From: an uncultured Limosilactobacillus sp.
Lineage (GTDB): Bacteria > Bacillota > Bacilli > Lactobacillales > Lactobacillaceae
Assembly: GCA_944327195.1 (NCBI GenBank)
Contig: CALVGV010000002.1
Location: 14,337-78,336, forward strand
DNA length: 64,000 nucleotides
Direction of reading: 5' to 3'
This document shows positions 25,296-34,885 of this stretch, piece by piece; within the stretch, counting starts at the first letter, position 1, and each line of letters begins with the position of its first letter. The position numbers were made by a program, and so were the translations under genes. The notes below the pieces were generated by a model. It made no database searches and was not told where the DNA came from. It saw only the letters and a list, made by a program, of their open reading frames with translations.

Positions 25296-26680
25296 CTCAA
25301 GCAATCGACCTCCAGAAGCTCACCTTTTCCTACCAGGCGGGCAAGCCGGTCCTTGCCATCGACCAGCTGACCATCCCCCGCGGGCGGCTGATCCTCTTCT
25401 CCGGCCCCTCCGGCAGCGGCAAGAGCACCCTCTTGCGCCTGCTGGCCGGCCTCTTGCCCAAGTACGGCGGCAAGCTCGCCCCGGGGGCCCGACTGAACCT
25501 GACCGCCGGCGAGTGCGGCCTGATGTTTCAGGACCCCGGCCTCCAGTTCGCCCTCGACACCCCGCGCCACGAGCTCGAGTTCACCCTCGAAAACGACCGC
25601 GTCCCCGCCGGTGAAATCCCGGCCCGGGTGACGACCGCCCTTAAGGCCGCCGGGATTGAAGCGTTGGCCGACCGCCAGCTGGCCACCCTCTCCGGTGGGG
25701 AGCAGCAGCGGGCCGCCCTGGCCGTCCTCTTGGCCCTGGACCGGCCCCTTCTCTTACTCGACGAGCCCTTCGCCAGCCTCGATGTTGCCAACCGCCACCA
25801 GCTGATGGCCCGCCTCGTCGACCAGGTGGCCGCCGGCAAGACGGTGATCATCGCCGACCACGACCTGGCCGGCTACCGCCAGTACCGGCCGCTGGTGGTC
25901 GCCTTTGACCAGGGGAGCGCCCGCCTGCTGGAAGCGGCCGCGGCCGACCAACGGCTGGCGGCCGCCGACCGGCCGGTGACCATCCCGGCCCGGCCAACGG
26001 CTGCCTTCGCCCCCGCCCTCACCGGTGAGGACCTCCGCCTGGCCCACGGCGACCAGGAGCTACTGGTCCAGCCGACCCTGGCCCTGCCCAAGGAAAGGAT
26101 CACCCTGCTGACCGGCGAATCGGGCAGCGGCAAGTCGACCTTCCTGAGCGCCCTGGCCCGCCTTTCCCCCTACCAGGGGCAGTTGATCTACGCCGGCAAG
26201 GAGCTTTCCCGCTTCTCGCGCCGCCGCTGGGGGCGGACGGTCGGCCTGGTCTTCCAGCACGCCAGCGACCAGTTTCTCAACGTCACCGTTGGCGAGGAGC
26301 TGGCCCTCAGCCAACGCCAGGGGCGCCAGCCCTACTTCACCCCGACCAAGCTAGCGGCCGCCCTGGACCAGCTGGGGCTGGCCGGCCTCGAGGAGCGGGT
26401 GGTCTACTCACTCTCCGGCGGCCAGCAAAAGAAGCTCCAGCTGCTGGTGATGCTGATGATGGGCCAGCCGGTCCTCCTGCTCGACGAACCCTTCGCCGGC
26501 CTCGATCCCGCTTCGGTCGCAGCCGTCAAGGAGCTGATCAATGCCTGCCAGGCTTGCCAGCCGGCAACGATCGTGCTGGTTTCCCACCAGCTCGCCGGCC
26601 TGGCCGGTTGGGTCGACTGCCACCTTCACCTGACCCAGCGCTATTTCACCGATCAAGGGAGGGTTGACCATGAATCCTAG
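25292..26680 (+). CDS. ykoD: ECF/ABC transporter ATPase with duplicated ATP-binding domains (YkoD-like)
   Basis: Two Walker A motifs (GPSGSGKST, GESGSGKST) and two signatures ([16 protein letters not shown]). The start at 25292 is in frame within track ORF 24698-26680, whose upstream part overlaps ykoE and is rejected. Confidence 0.8.
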   Translation: MTQAIDLQKLTFSYQAGKPVLAIDQLTIPRGRLILFSGPSGSGKSTLLRLLAGLLPKYGGKLAPGARLNLTAGECGLMFQDPGLQFALDTPRHELEFTLENDRVPAGEIPARVTTALKAAGIEALADRQLATLSGGEQQRAALAVLLALDRPLLLLDEPFASLDVANRHQLMARLVDQVAAGKTVIIADHDLAGYRQYRPLVVAFDQGSARLLEAAAADQRLAAADRPVTIPARPTAAFAPALTGEDLRLAHGDQELLVQPTLALPKERITLLTGESGSGKSTFLSALARLSPYQGQLIYAGKELSRFSRRRWGRTVGLVFQHASDQFLNVTVGEELALSQRQGRQPYFTPTKLAAALDQLGLAGLEERVVYSLSGGQQKKLQLLVMLMMGQPVLLLDEPFAGLDPASVAAVKELINACQACQPATIVLVSHQLAGLAGWVDCHLHLTQRYFTDQGRVDHES

Positions 26681-27323
26681 TCTCAAACTCTTTTTGGTGC
26701 TGATCATCTCGGTTGAAGTTTCCTTCACCAGCAAGCTGACCGTCAACCTCCTGCTGGTCGCCGCCGGTCTGATCCTCCTGCTTTGGACCCGCCCGAGCGG
26801 CCTGACCCTGACCCACCTGCTGCTGATCCCGGCGATCCCGGCCGGCGCCCTGGCACTGACGGTCGGCGCCTTCACCCCGGCCCACGACTGGTTCTTTGCC
26901 GCCGTGCTGGCCAGCCGGGTCTACGTCTACGTCCTGCTCGGCAGCGCCGTCACCCGGACGACCCCGCCGCTGACCCTGGCCCGCTCGCTGGAGCAAAACT
27001 GCCACCTGCCGGCCAAGTTTGCCTACGGAACCCTGGCGGCGATCAACCTCCTGCCGCGGATAATCCGCGCGGTCAAGACGATCAAGGCCGCCGGCCAGAT
27101 GCGCGGGGTGACCCTCTCCTTCTGGTCGCCGCGCCTCTACTTCAAGGCGATCCTGAGCGCGATTTCCTGGGCCGACCAACTGGCCCAGGCGATGGAGTCG
27201 CACGGCTTCGTGGAGGACCAGCCGCGCAGCCAGGCCCAGGTCATCCCGCTGACCGGCCGCGACTGGGCGCTTGGCGCAAGCGCCCTCCTGCTGGTCCAGC
27301 TCGCCCTGGTGGCCCTCCCCTAA
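26664..27323 (+). CDS. ykoC: ECF transporter transmembrane (T) component (YkoC/CbiQ-like)
   Basis: 219-aa multi-TM protein overlapping the ATPase stop. ATG 26670 is an alternative start. Confidence 0.7.
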   Translation: MTMNPSLKLFLVLIISVEVSFTSKLTVNLLLVAAGLILLLWTRPSGLTLTHLLLIPAIPAGALALTVGAFTPAHDWFFAAVLASRVYVYVLLGSAVTRTTPPLTLARSLEQNCHLPAKFAYGTLAAINLLPRIIRAVKTIKAAGQMRGVTLSFWSPRLYFKAILSAISWADQLAQAMESHGFVEDQPRSQAQVIPLTGRDWALGASALLLVQLALVALP

Positions 27324-27408
27324 AATTTTCCCCTCCCAAAGGCGTTTTTTCCGTCCGGAGCCCCGTTTCCTGGTATGATGAGAAAAACGACTTTGGGAGG
27401 TTTTTTTC

Positions 27409-29340
27409 GTGTCGACCATTTTTGGGGTTTGCACCCTGGTGGTGGCGGTTGTGATCGCCAACGTCTGCCACCTCTTTTTCCCCCGCTTTCCGCTGGCGAT
27501 CTACCAGATCCTGATCGGGGTCCTGCTGGCCCTCTGGCCGCTCCTGGCGACCCTGAAACTGGAGCCGGAGATGTTCATGCTGCTGATCATCGCCCCGCTG
27601 ATGTTCAACGACGGCCAAAGCGCCGACTACCGGGCCCTGGTAAAGGACCGGCGGTTGATCTTATCGATGACCATCTACCTGGCCCTCTTCACCGTCCTGG
27701 TGGCCGGCCTGGGCCTCCACCTGACTTTGGCCACCTTCTCCTTGCCGCTGGCCTTCATGCTGGCGGCGATCATCACCCCGACCGACGCGGTGGCCGTCAA
27801 GTCGCTGACCGCCGGGGTGGCGATGCCCGAAAATGTCGACCAGGCCCTGGAACACGAGTCCCTCTTCAACGACGCCTCCGGCCTGGTCCTCTTCGACCTC
27901 GCCCTGACCAGCCTCGAATCGGGCAGGTTTTCGTTGGTCCACGGCACCGGCACCTTCCTCTACGTCTTCTTCGGCGGAATCGTCTTCGGGGCGCTGGCCG
28001 GCTGGCTGCTGATCAAGCTGCGCCTGCTTTTGATGCAGACCAAGGTCGACATCGGCCAGATCGTGATCCCCCTCAACCTGCTGACCCCGCTGGTCGTCTA
28101 CTGGCTGGCCGAGGAAATCCACTGCTCGGGCATCCTGGCGGTGGTCAGCGCCGGGAGTATGCACAGCATGCTCAATGAGCGCCTCCAGCTGACCTCGGCC
28201 AAGGTGCAGATTGCCACCAGCACCATCTGGCAAATCACCAGCGACATCCTCAACGGGATCGTCTTCGTCTTCCTCGGCCTCAGCCTGCCGGCCGTCCTCG
28301 GCGCCACCACCCCGCAGGGTCTGGGAACCCTGGTGGTCGTCGCCCTGGGCCTCTACCTGCTGACCACCGGGATCCGCTACCTCTGGGCGCGGCTCAACCT
28401 GGTTGACCTGAAGGGGAACCCGGAGAGCCGCCACCACGACGCCCTCCTCCTGGCCACCGGGGGGATCCACGGCACGATCACCCTGGCGCTGGCCTTCTCG
28501 ATCCCGACCACCATCAACGGCCACCCGCTGGCCCTACGCAACACGATGATCCTACTGGCGGCCCTGGTGATCCTCACCAGCATCCTGGCCGGGGCAATCT
28601 TCTTCCCCCGCCTCCTGCCGCCCAAGCAGAATTCCTACACCCAGGACGAGTTCAAGGCCGGCCTGGTTGCCGCCGTCCAATCAGCCCTCGACCGCATCAA
28701 CGGCGGGCACGATCATCCCCGCGAGCGGGCCAAGGTGGCCGACCAGCTCCTCTCCCAGCTCAACCTCGACTACCAGGTGAACCGGACCACCTACCGTCAG
28801 CTGCTGGCCGAGTGCTACGAGGTCGAGCTGCAGACGATTGACGACCTGACCAAGAGCGGCCAGCTGGCCAGTCCGGTTGCCAACCAGTACGCCCGCCTGC
28901 TGGCGACCACGATGCGCAACAACACCGCCATCTGGGGCCGCTCCTTCTTCCGCGGCCTCCTCCACCGGCTGAAGTGGTTCCGCCACCGCCGCCAGTTCCG
29001 CGACCGCCAGCCGGCCCCGGCCGACCAGCAGCAGGCCCTGCGGAGCCTGATCGCCAAGACGACCTGGGCAGTCAACGACCACCTCAACGCCATCCAGACC
29101 CCGGAAAACGTCAACGAGGTCGCCCTGATCCGACGGATGTACCTCTACCGCCTCCGGCCCCACAACCGCCGCCGCCAACTTGATGGCGAGGTCCTCCACC
29201 AACTCTCGGTGACCGCCTTCCAGGACGAGCACAGCTACATCCAGCAGGCCCTGGCCGCCGGCAAGCTCTCGGCCGAACTGGCCCGGGCGCTGAACGAACA
29301 CATCTCGATCGACGAGCTGGTCTACCTGCAGTCGAGCTAA
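27409..29340 (+). CDS. Na+/H+ antiporter, CPA1 (NhaP-type) with a C-terminal cytoplasmic domain
   Basis: 643 aa. About 12 TM helices with a CPA1-like TPTDAV motif, then a soluble tail of about 220 aa. GTG start lies 8 nt after GGGAGG, and an extended -10 TGGTATGAT lies upstream. Confidence 0.8.
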   Translation: MSTIFGVCTLVVAVVIANVCHLFFPRFPLAIYQILIGVLLALWPLLATLKLEPEMFMLLIIAPLMFNDGQSADYRALVKDRRLILSMTIYLALFTVLVAGLGLHLTLATFSLPLAFMLAAIITPTDAVAVKSLTAGVAMPENVDQALEHESLFNDASGLVLFDLALTSLESGRFSLVHGTGTFLYVFFGGIVFGALAGWLLIKLRLLLMQTKVDIGQIVIPLNLLTPLVVYWLAEEIHCSGILAVVSAGSMHSMLNERLQLTSAKVQIATSTIWQITSDILNGIVFVFLGLSLPAVLGATTPQGLGTLVVVALGLYLLTTGIRYLWARLNLVDLKGNPESRHHDALLLATGGIHGTITLALAFSIPTTINGHPLALRNTMILLAALVILTSILAGAIFFPRLLPPKQNSYTQDEFKAGLVAAVQSALDRINGGHDHPRERAKVADQLLSQLNLDYQVNRTTYRQLLAECYEVELQTIDDLTKSGQLASPVANQYARLLATTMRNNTAIWGRSFFRGLLHRLKWFRHRRQFRDRQPAPADQQQALRSLIAKTTWAVNDHLNAIQTPENVNEVALIRRMYLYRLRPHNRRRQLDGEVLHQLSVTAFQDEHSYIQQALAAGKLSAELARALNEHISIDELVYLQSS

Positions 29341-29394
29341 ATTAAAAAAGCGCCGCCCCCGACACCAATAACAGGTGCCGGGGGCGGCGCAATT

Positions 29395-29408
29395 ATTTCC
29401 CGGGAAAT
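29395..29408. promoter_or_regulatory. Exact palindrome ATTTCCCGGGAAAT
   Basis: Read directly from the sequence. It lies between two convergent genes, next to terminator hairpin 29350-29390. Confidence 0.35.
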
Positions 29409-29415
29409 TTCCCGC

Positions 29416-30378
29416 CTACTTGACGTACTTGTTGAGGAAGGCCTTGACGTGGGCGCGGTAGGCCGCCGGGGCGGTCGCAAAGGACTTGGCGTGGACCGCC
29501 TTCGGCACGATCCACAGTTCCTTCGGCCCGCGGGTGGCGGCGTAGTTCTTCTTCACCATCCAGGTCGGCACGAAGGTGTCCTTGGCCCCGTGGATGAAGA
29601 GCATTGGCCGGTGGTTGTGGTGGAGCGACTTGACGCTCGAGGCCTGCTGGGTGAAGAAGCCGTTCTTGAAGAAGTTGATCAAACTCAGCGCCCCCTCAAC
29701 CGGCGTCCGCACCAGCCAGGGTAGGTGGTAGAGGTGGCCGGCCTCGTAGTCGAGCTCGTCCTGGAGGCTGGTGTAGCCACAGTCCTCGATGAAGGCCTTC
29801 ACCTGGCTGGGGAGCTTGATCCCGCTGGTCATCATCGTCGTCGCGCCCCCCATGCTGACGCCGAACATCACGATCCGGCTATGCTGACCGTTGTGCTTGA
29901 TCAGTTTCTTGATCCACTTGCGGGCGTCGTAGCGTTCCGGCCAGCCGTAGCCGATGTACTTCCCCTGGCTCTTGCCGTGGGCGCGGGCGTCGGGCAGGAG
30001 AACGTTGTAGCCCAGCTGGTGGAAGAGGGCGGCGTAGGCCCCCATGCTCTCCTTGTTTTGCATGAAGCCATGGCAAATCAGAACGCTCTTAGTGGTCTTC
30101 TTGGCCGCCGGGATGTAGTCGGCCACCAGGCGGTAGTTGCCGCTGGCCGAAGTGATTGTCCAGTGCTCCTTCTTGACGGTCTTGAACCACTTCTTTTCAC
30201 GGTAGAGGGGGTCACTCTTCTTCAGCACGGTCGTCGGCTGGCTGACGAAGGACTTGTGGCTGGGCACCATCGCCACGTTGAAGAAGTAGGCCCCGGCGGC
30301 GCCGACCGCCACCAAGAGGAGGACCAGCAGACTGGCCAGTCCCCACCAAACTCGTTTCTTTGTCTTACTCATACTCAA
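29416..30378 (-). CDS. Membrane-anchored alpha/beta hydrolase
   Basis: N-terminal TM helix, nucleophile elbow GVSMGG, and a C-terminal HG.D...H arrangement. Confidence 0.75.
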   Translation of the reverse strand: MSMSKTKKRVWWGLASLLVLLLVAVGAAGAYFFNVAMVPSHKSFVSQPTTVLKKSDPLYREKKWFKTVKKEHWTITSASGNYRLVADYIPAAKKTTKSVLICHGFMQNKESMGAYAALFHQLGYNVLLPDARAHGKSQGKYIGYGWPERYDARKWIKKLIKHNGQHSRIVMFGVSMGGATTMMTSGIKLPSQVKAFIEDCGYTSLQDELDYEAGHLYHLPWLVRTPVEGALSLINFFKNGFFTQQASSVKSLHHNHRPMLFIHGAKDTFVPTWMVKKNYAATRGPKELWIVPKAVHAKSFATAPAAYRAHVKAFLNKYVK

Positions 30379-30492
30379 ATTCCCTTTTCTCTCTCAAATG
30401 CTCCCTATTTTAGCAGATTTTGGCCAATCGCGCAGCCCTTCCACGCTCCGTGGCCAAATGTTACAATGGAAAGAAAGAAGGGGGAGAAAGTA

Positions 30493-30915
30493 ATGTTTCC
30501 AGAACGCCTGCGGGCCCTGCGACGGGGCCAAAAGATTACCCTCAAGGAACTAGCCAACGAGTTAAACCAGCACCTCGGCCCCGGGGAGAAGCCCAATTCG
30601 GCCACCCAGATCGGCAACTGGGAGCGCGGCATCCGCACCCCCTCCTACATCGAGGCCCGCAAGCTGGCCGAGTTCTTCGACGTCAGCCTCGACTATTTAA
30701 CCGGCAAGTCGAGCCACAACGACTACGACCTGGCCAAGCTCTTCTTCTCCAGCCGCGATCTGACCTTCAACCAGACCGTGCTGACCAGCGAGGACCGCTA
30801 CGAAATCTTCCAGCTGATCGACGGCTACCTCAAGGGGCGGAGCAACCGGGCAAACCGGCCAACCACCCCGCCGGAGTTCGGCACCCAAGAAGACCTGCAC
30901 CTGAAGTTTAAGTGA
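30493..30915 (+). CDS. XRE-family helix-turn-helix transcriptional regulator
   Basis: HTH_3-type N-terminus LRALRRGQKITLKELANEL...QIGNWERG.RTPSY...LAEFFDVSLDYL. ATG 30493 lies inside track ORF 29725-30915. Confidence 0.8.
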   Translation: MFPERLRALRRGQKITLKELANELNQHLGPGEKPNSATQIGNWERGIRTPSYIEARKLAEFFDVSLDYLTGKSSHNDYDLAKLFFSSRDLTFNQTVLTSEDRYEIFQLIDGYLKGRSNRANRPTTPPEFGTQEDLHLKFK

Positions 30916-31766
30916 CCACCATGAACAAGAAACAGTTAAAGAAACTCAAAAAACAAGCAAAGAAGAAGCGGCCGAGCGGCTACATCGCCCAACTGACCGC
31001 CGCCGCGGAACTCTTCGACCACTTCCCGCGGATCAAGTACCTAATCAATAACGTCCTCGAGGCCGACCGCCTCCTCAAGCGCGGCCTCTTGCCGCAGCCG
31101 CTGCCCAAGTTGCTCCTGCCCGACGACATCCAAGACGAGCTCTTCGCCGCCGTCAACGCCCAGTACGCCCCCCACGACCCGGCCGGCGACCGCCTCTGGG
31201 ACCGCTACAGCGCCGCCTTGCCCAAGCTCGACCAGCAACTGCGCAACTTCCGCGACTACCTGGAGGAAACCTACGGGATGTGGTCCTACACCAACACCGC
31301 CTTCGTTCGCGCCCTGAGCGACTTCTTAAATGGCGCCCCGGTGCTGGAGATCATGGCCGGCAGCGGCTACCTCTCCAAGGGCCTGCGCGACCTGCGGCCC
31401 AGCCAGGTGATCTACACCACCGATAGCCAGGCCTGGGCCAAGGAGAGCGCCACCGGCCGCCACCCGGTGACGACAATCGAGGCCCTCGACGCTTTGGCGG
31501 CGATCAAGAAGTACGGCGACCAGGTGAAGGTGGTCATCCTTTCCTGGGCCCCCGACAAGGATGAAAACGATTATCAAATCCTCCACCTTCTCCGCCAGCA
31601 CTACCCGGACCTGACTTTTGTGGTGATCGGCGAACGCAACGGTGCCACCAACTCGGCCCGCTTCTGGCGGGAGGCCAAGTTATCCCAGCCGGCCGAGCTG
31701 GCCAAGGCCAACGCCGCCCTCAAGTCCTTCGACCTGATTGACGAGCAGGTCTACCTCGTTAAGTAA
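30912..31766 (+). CDS. Hypothetical protein with a class-I SAM-methyltransferase-like motif
   Basis: 284 aa. Lys-rich N-terminus, motif-I-like VLEIMAGSGYLSKGL and an acidic post-I IYTTD. GTGA overlap with the XRE stop (alternative ATG at 30921) and no obvious SD. Confidence 0.55.
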   Translation: MTTMNKKQLKKLKKQAKKKRPSGYIAQLTAAAELFDHFPRIKYLINNVLEADRLLKRGLLPQPLPKLLLPDDIQDELFAAVNAQYAPHDPAGDRLWDRYSAALPKLDQQLRNFRDYLEETYGMWSYTNTAFVRALSDFLNGAPVLEIMAGSGYLSKGLRDLRPSQVIYTTDSQAWAKESATGRHPVTTIEALDALAAIKKYGDQVKVVILSWAPDKDENDYQILHLLRQHYPDLTFVVIGERNGATNSARFWREAKLSQPAELAKANAALKSFDLIDEQVYLVK

Positions 31767-31842
31767 ATTTTACTGAAACTGTTCGTTTCTTCACTATCGT
31801 TTGATTTTCATTCCGGTTAATCGGTTAAATCTTGGCGAACAA

Positions 31843-31882
31843 ATAACCCCGAAGAGTTCTTATTCTTCGGGGTTATTCCTTT
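31843..31882 (+). terminator. Intrinsic terminator
   Basis: AATAACCCCGAAGA-N8-TCTTCGGGGTTATT followed by a T-rich tail. Confidence 0.7.
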
Positions 31883-32043
31883 TACTAGCGCTTTCAGGCC
31901 CGCCGCCACCCTAATAAAATTTGGCTTTTTTCGCATTTTTACCACCTTGGCGGTACCATCGTTTATCAATTATGGTATACTACCTTGTGTATTCGCTTCC
32001 ATCAAGAAAAGGATACGCTATCCATTCTCACAAGGAGGGTAAC

Positions 32044-33045
32044 ATGGTAGGAATTGTTTTAGCCAGTCATGGGGCCTTCGCCGATGGGATTTTCCAGTCC
32101 GGGGAAATGATCTTCGGTGAACAACCTAACGTGGCGCACGTCATTTTAAAGCCTGATGAGGGGCCTGAAGACATCCACAAGAAGATGGAAGATGCCGTTA
32201 AGACCTTGGAAGATCAGGAACAGGTCCTCTTCTTAGTTGACCTCTGGGGGGGGACCCCGTTCAACCAGGCCAGCGACCTCTTTGACCAACACAAGGACAC
32301 CTGGGCAATCGTTTCCGGGATGAACCTGCCGATGGTCATCGAAGCCTACGCCTCCCGCTTCTCGATGAACACGGCCCGCGAAATCGCGACCCACATCGTC
32401 GAGACCGCCCGCGAAGGGGTCAAGACCCTGCCGGAAAGCATCATGCCGGCCGACGAGAAGCCGGCGGCCAAGGACGCTGCTCCGGCCGCTCCGCAGGGGG
32501 CCATTCCGGAAGGCACGGTCATTGGCGACGGCAAGATCAAGTACGTCCTCGCCCGGATCGACACCCGCTTGCTCCACGGGCAAGTGGCCACCGGGTGGAC
32601 CAAGGCAACCAACCCGAACCGGATCATCGTCGTGTCCGACAACGTGGCCAAGGACAAGCTACGGAAGAACATGATCGCCCAGGCCGCCCCGAGTGGGGTC
32701 CACGCCAACACGGTGCCGATCAAGAAGATGATCGAGGTTGCCAAGGACCCGCGCTTCGGCAACACCAAGGCAATGCTCCTGTTTGAAACCCCGGAAGACG
32801 CCCTGCGCGCCATCAAGGGTGGGGTCGACATCAAGGAACTCAACGTCGGTTCAATGGCCTACAGCGACGGCAAGGTTAACGTTAACCAAGTGCTGGCGAT
32901 GGACCAAAAGGACGTCGACACCTTCAAGGAGCTCAAGGAGCTTGGCGTAACCTTCAACGTTCAAAAGGTGCCGTCCAGTTCCAAGGAGAACATGGACGAC
33001 TTGCTGAAGAAGGCGCAAACGCTGATTGACCAGCAAAAGAACTAA
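32044..33045 (+). CDS. manX: PTS mannose-family EIIAB component
   Basis: MVGIVLASHGAFADG (EIIA) plus a C-terminal EIIB domain (RIDTRLLHGQV). ATG 32044 follows AAGGAGGG, and the track start at 31921 is rejected. Confidence 0.9.
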   Translation: MVGIVLASHGAFADGIFQSGEMIFGEQPNVAHVILKPDEGPEDIHKKMEDAVKTLEDQEQVLFLVDLWGGTPFNQASDLFDQHKDTWAIVSGMNLPMVIEAYASRFSMNTAREIATHIVETAREGVKTLPESIMPADEKPAAKDAAPAAPQGAIPEGTVIGDGKIKYVLARIDTRLLHGQVATGWTKATNPNRIIVVSDNVAKDKLRKNMIAQAAPSGVHANTVPIKKMIEVAKDPRFGNTKAMLLFETPEDALRAIKGGVDIKELNVGSMAYSDGKVNVNQVLAMDQKDVDTFKELKELGVTFNVQKVPSSSKENMDDLLKKAQTLIDQQKN

Positions 33046-33056
33046 AGGAGTATATT

Positions 33057-33863
33057 ATGTCTGCGATTTCAATGATTTTAGTTGTGATTGTAGCGTTCTT
33101 AGCCGGGATGGAAGGGATCTTGGATGAATTCGAATTCCACCAACCCCTGGTTGCATGTACGCTCATCGGTTTGGTAACCGGCCACCTGATTCCCTGCGTT
33201 ATGCTCGGGGGGTCGCTGCAAATGATCGCCCTCGGGTGGGCAAACATCGGGGCCGCCGTTGCCCCAGACGCGGCCCTGGCCTCGGTTGCCTCTGCAATTA
33301 TTTTTGTTCAAAGTGGGGCCGCTTCTAAGGACATGGGGACCGCCACGGCGATCGCCATCCCACTGGCCGTTGCCGGGCTCTTCTTGACCATGATCGTTCG
33401 GACGATCTCAGTTGCAATTATTCACATCATGGACAAGGAAGCCGAAAAGGGGAACCTGCGCGCCATCGACATGTGGCAAATCATCGCCATCTGCCTCCAA
33501 GGGCTGCGGATTGCCCTGCCGGCGATTGCCCTCTTGATCATCCCGGCCTCCAAGGTGCAAGCCTTCCTGTCCTCGATGCCATCCTGGTTGACTGACGGGA
33601 TGACGATCGGTGGTGGGATGGTCGTGGCCGTTGGGTACGCCATGGTTATCAACATGATCGCCAACCGCGAAGTTTGGCCATTCTTTGCCATCGGGTTCGT
33701 GCTGGCGGCCGTTTCTGACCTGACCCTGATTGCCATCGGGACCCTCGGCCTCGCCTTCACCCTGATCTACCTGGAACTCGAATCCAAGGCCAACAACGGT
33801 GGTGGCAACGGCGGCAACGGTGGTTCCGGCGACCCGCTCGGTGACATCCTGAATGATTACTAA
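33057..33863 (+). CDS. manY: PTS mannose-family EIIC component
   Basis: 268-aa multi-TM protein with a typical ManY N-terminus and a Gly/Asn-rich tail. Confidence 0.9.
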   Translation: MSAISMILVVIVAFLAGMEGILDEFEFHQPLVACTLIGLVTGHLIPCVMLGGSLQMIALGWANIGAAVAPDAALASVASAIIFVQSGAASKDMGTATAIAIPLAVAGLFLTMIVRTISVAIIHIMDKEAEKGNLRAIDMWQIIAICLQGLRIALPAIALLIIPASKVQAFLSSMPSWLTDGMTIGGGMVVAVGYAMVINMIANREVWPFFAIGFVLAAVSDLTLIAIGTLGLAFTLIYLELESKANNGGGNGGNGGSGDPLGDILNDY

Positions 33864-33881
33864 AATGTGGAGGCAAGCATA

Positions 33882-34808
33882 ATGGCGGAAAAGAAAATTA
33901 CCTTAACGAAACGCGACCGGTGGAGCGTTTGCTGGCGGTCGACCTTCCTCCAAGGTTCGTGGAACTACGAACGGATGCAAAACGGGGGGTACGCCTTCTC
34001 GCTAATCCCGGCCATCAAGAAGCTCTACACCAAGAAGGAAGACCGGGCCGAAGCCCTGAAGCGCCACCTGGAATTCTTCAACACCCACCCCTACCTGGCT
34101 TCGCCAATCATCGGGGTTACCTTGGCCCTGGAAGAAGACAAGGCCAACGGGACTGAAATCGACAACGCCACCCTGTCCGGGGTGAAGGTCGGAATGATGG
34201 GGCCCCTGGCCGGGGTTGGTGACCCAGTCTTCTGGTACACCGCGCGGCCAATCATTGCCGGGCTGGGGGCTTCCCTGGCCATCTCGGGGAACATCCTCGG
34301 GCCAATCCTCTTCTTCGTCCTCTGGAACGCAATGCGGATCGCCTTCATGTGGTACACCCAGGAATTCGGTTACCGCACCGGGACCAAGATCACCGATGAC
34401 GTTTCCGGGGGCCTGCTGCAAAAGGTTACCCGCGGGGCAGCCATGATGGGGATGTTCGTCCTCGGGACCCTGATCGAACGCTGGGTTACGATCAACTTCA
34501 CCCCGGTTGTTTCCAAGGTTAAGCAATCCTCTGGGGCCTACATCAACTGGAGCAAGCTGCCGAACAACCCGACGGCCATCCGGACGGTCCTTCAGGAATG
34601 GGACATGGGTAACGGCCTTTCCCTGACCAAGTACAAGACGACGACTTTGCAAGACAACCTCGACTCCCTGATTCCGGGGCTGGCCGCCTTGCTTCTGACC
34701 CTCTTCTGCATGTGGCTCTTGAAGAAGAAGGTTTCGCCGATCGTGATCATCCTCGGCCTCTTCGTTGTCGGGATCCTCGGCCACGTAATCGGCCTGCTTG
34801 GGGCATAA
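33882..34808 (+). CDS. manZ: PTS mannose-family EIID component
   Basis: MAEKKITLTKRDRWSVCWRSTFLQGSWNYERMQN is the classic EIID N-terminus. ATG 33882 lies 8 nt after GGAGG. Confidence 0.9.
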   Translation: MAEKKITLTKRDRWSVCWRSTFLQGSWNYERMQNGGYAFSLIPAIKKLYTKKEDRAEALKRHLEFFNTHPYLASPIIGVTLALEEDKANGTEIDNATLSGVKVGMMGPLAGVGDPVFWYTARPIIAGLGASLAISGNILGPILFFVLWNAMRIAFMWYTQEFGYRTGTKITDDVSGGLLQKVTRGAAMMGMFVLGTLIERWVTINFTPVVSKVKQSSGAYINWSKLPNNPTAIRTVLQEWDMGNGLSLTKYKTTTLQDNLDSLIPGLAALLLTLFCMWLLKKKVSPIVIILGLFVVGILGHVIGLLGA

Positions 34809-34885
34809 TCGCCAACTAGTTAAAGCAAAAGGTGCGCAACCACGAATTCCGTGGTCACGCACCTTTTTTTCTGTCTGAAGGCGGC

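Noticed and set aside
29725-30492. N-terminal 256 codons of track ORF 29725-30915
   Set aside because: This is antisense to the alpha/beta hydrolase gene. The recognisable XRE HTH protein starts at ATG 30493.
31960-32000. Sigma-54 (-24/-12) promoter upstream of the mannose PTS operon, as in some lactobacilli and Listeria
   Set aside because: TTGGCGGTACCATCGTTTA lacks the conserved GG-N10-GC spacing with TGC at -12. An extended -10 sigma-70 element (TGGTATACT) fits better.
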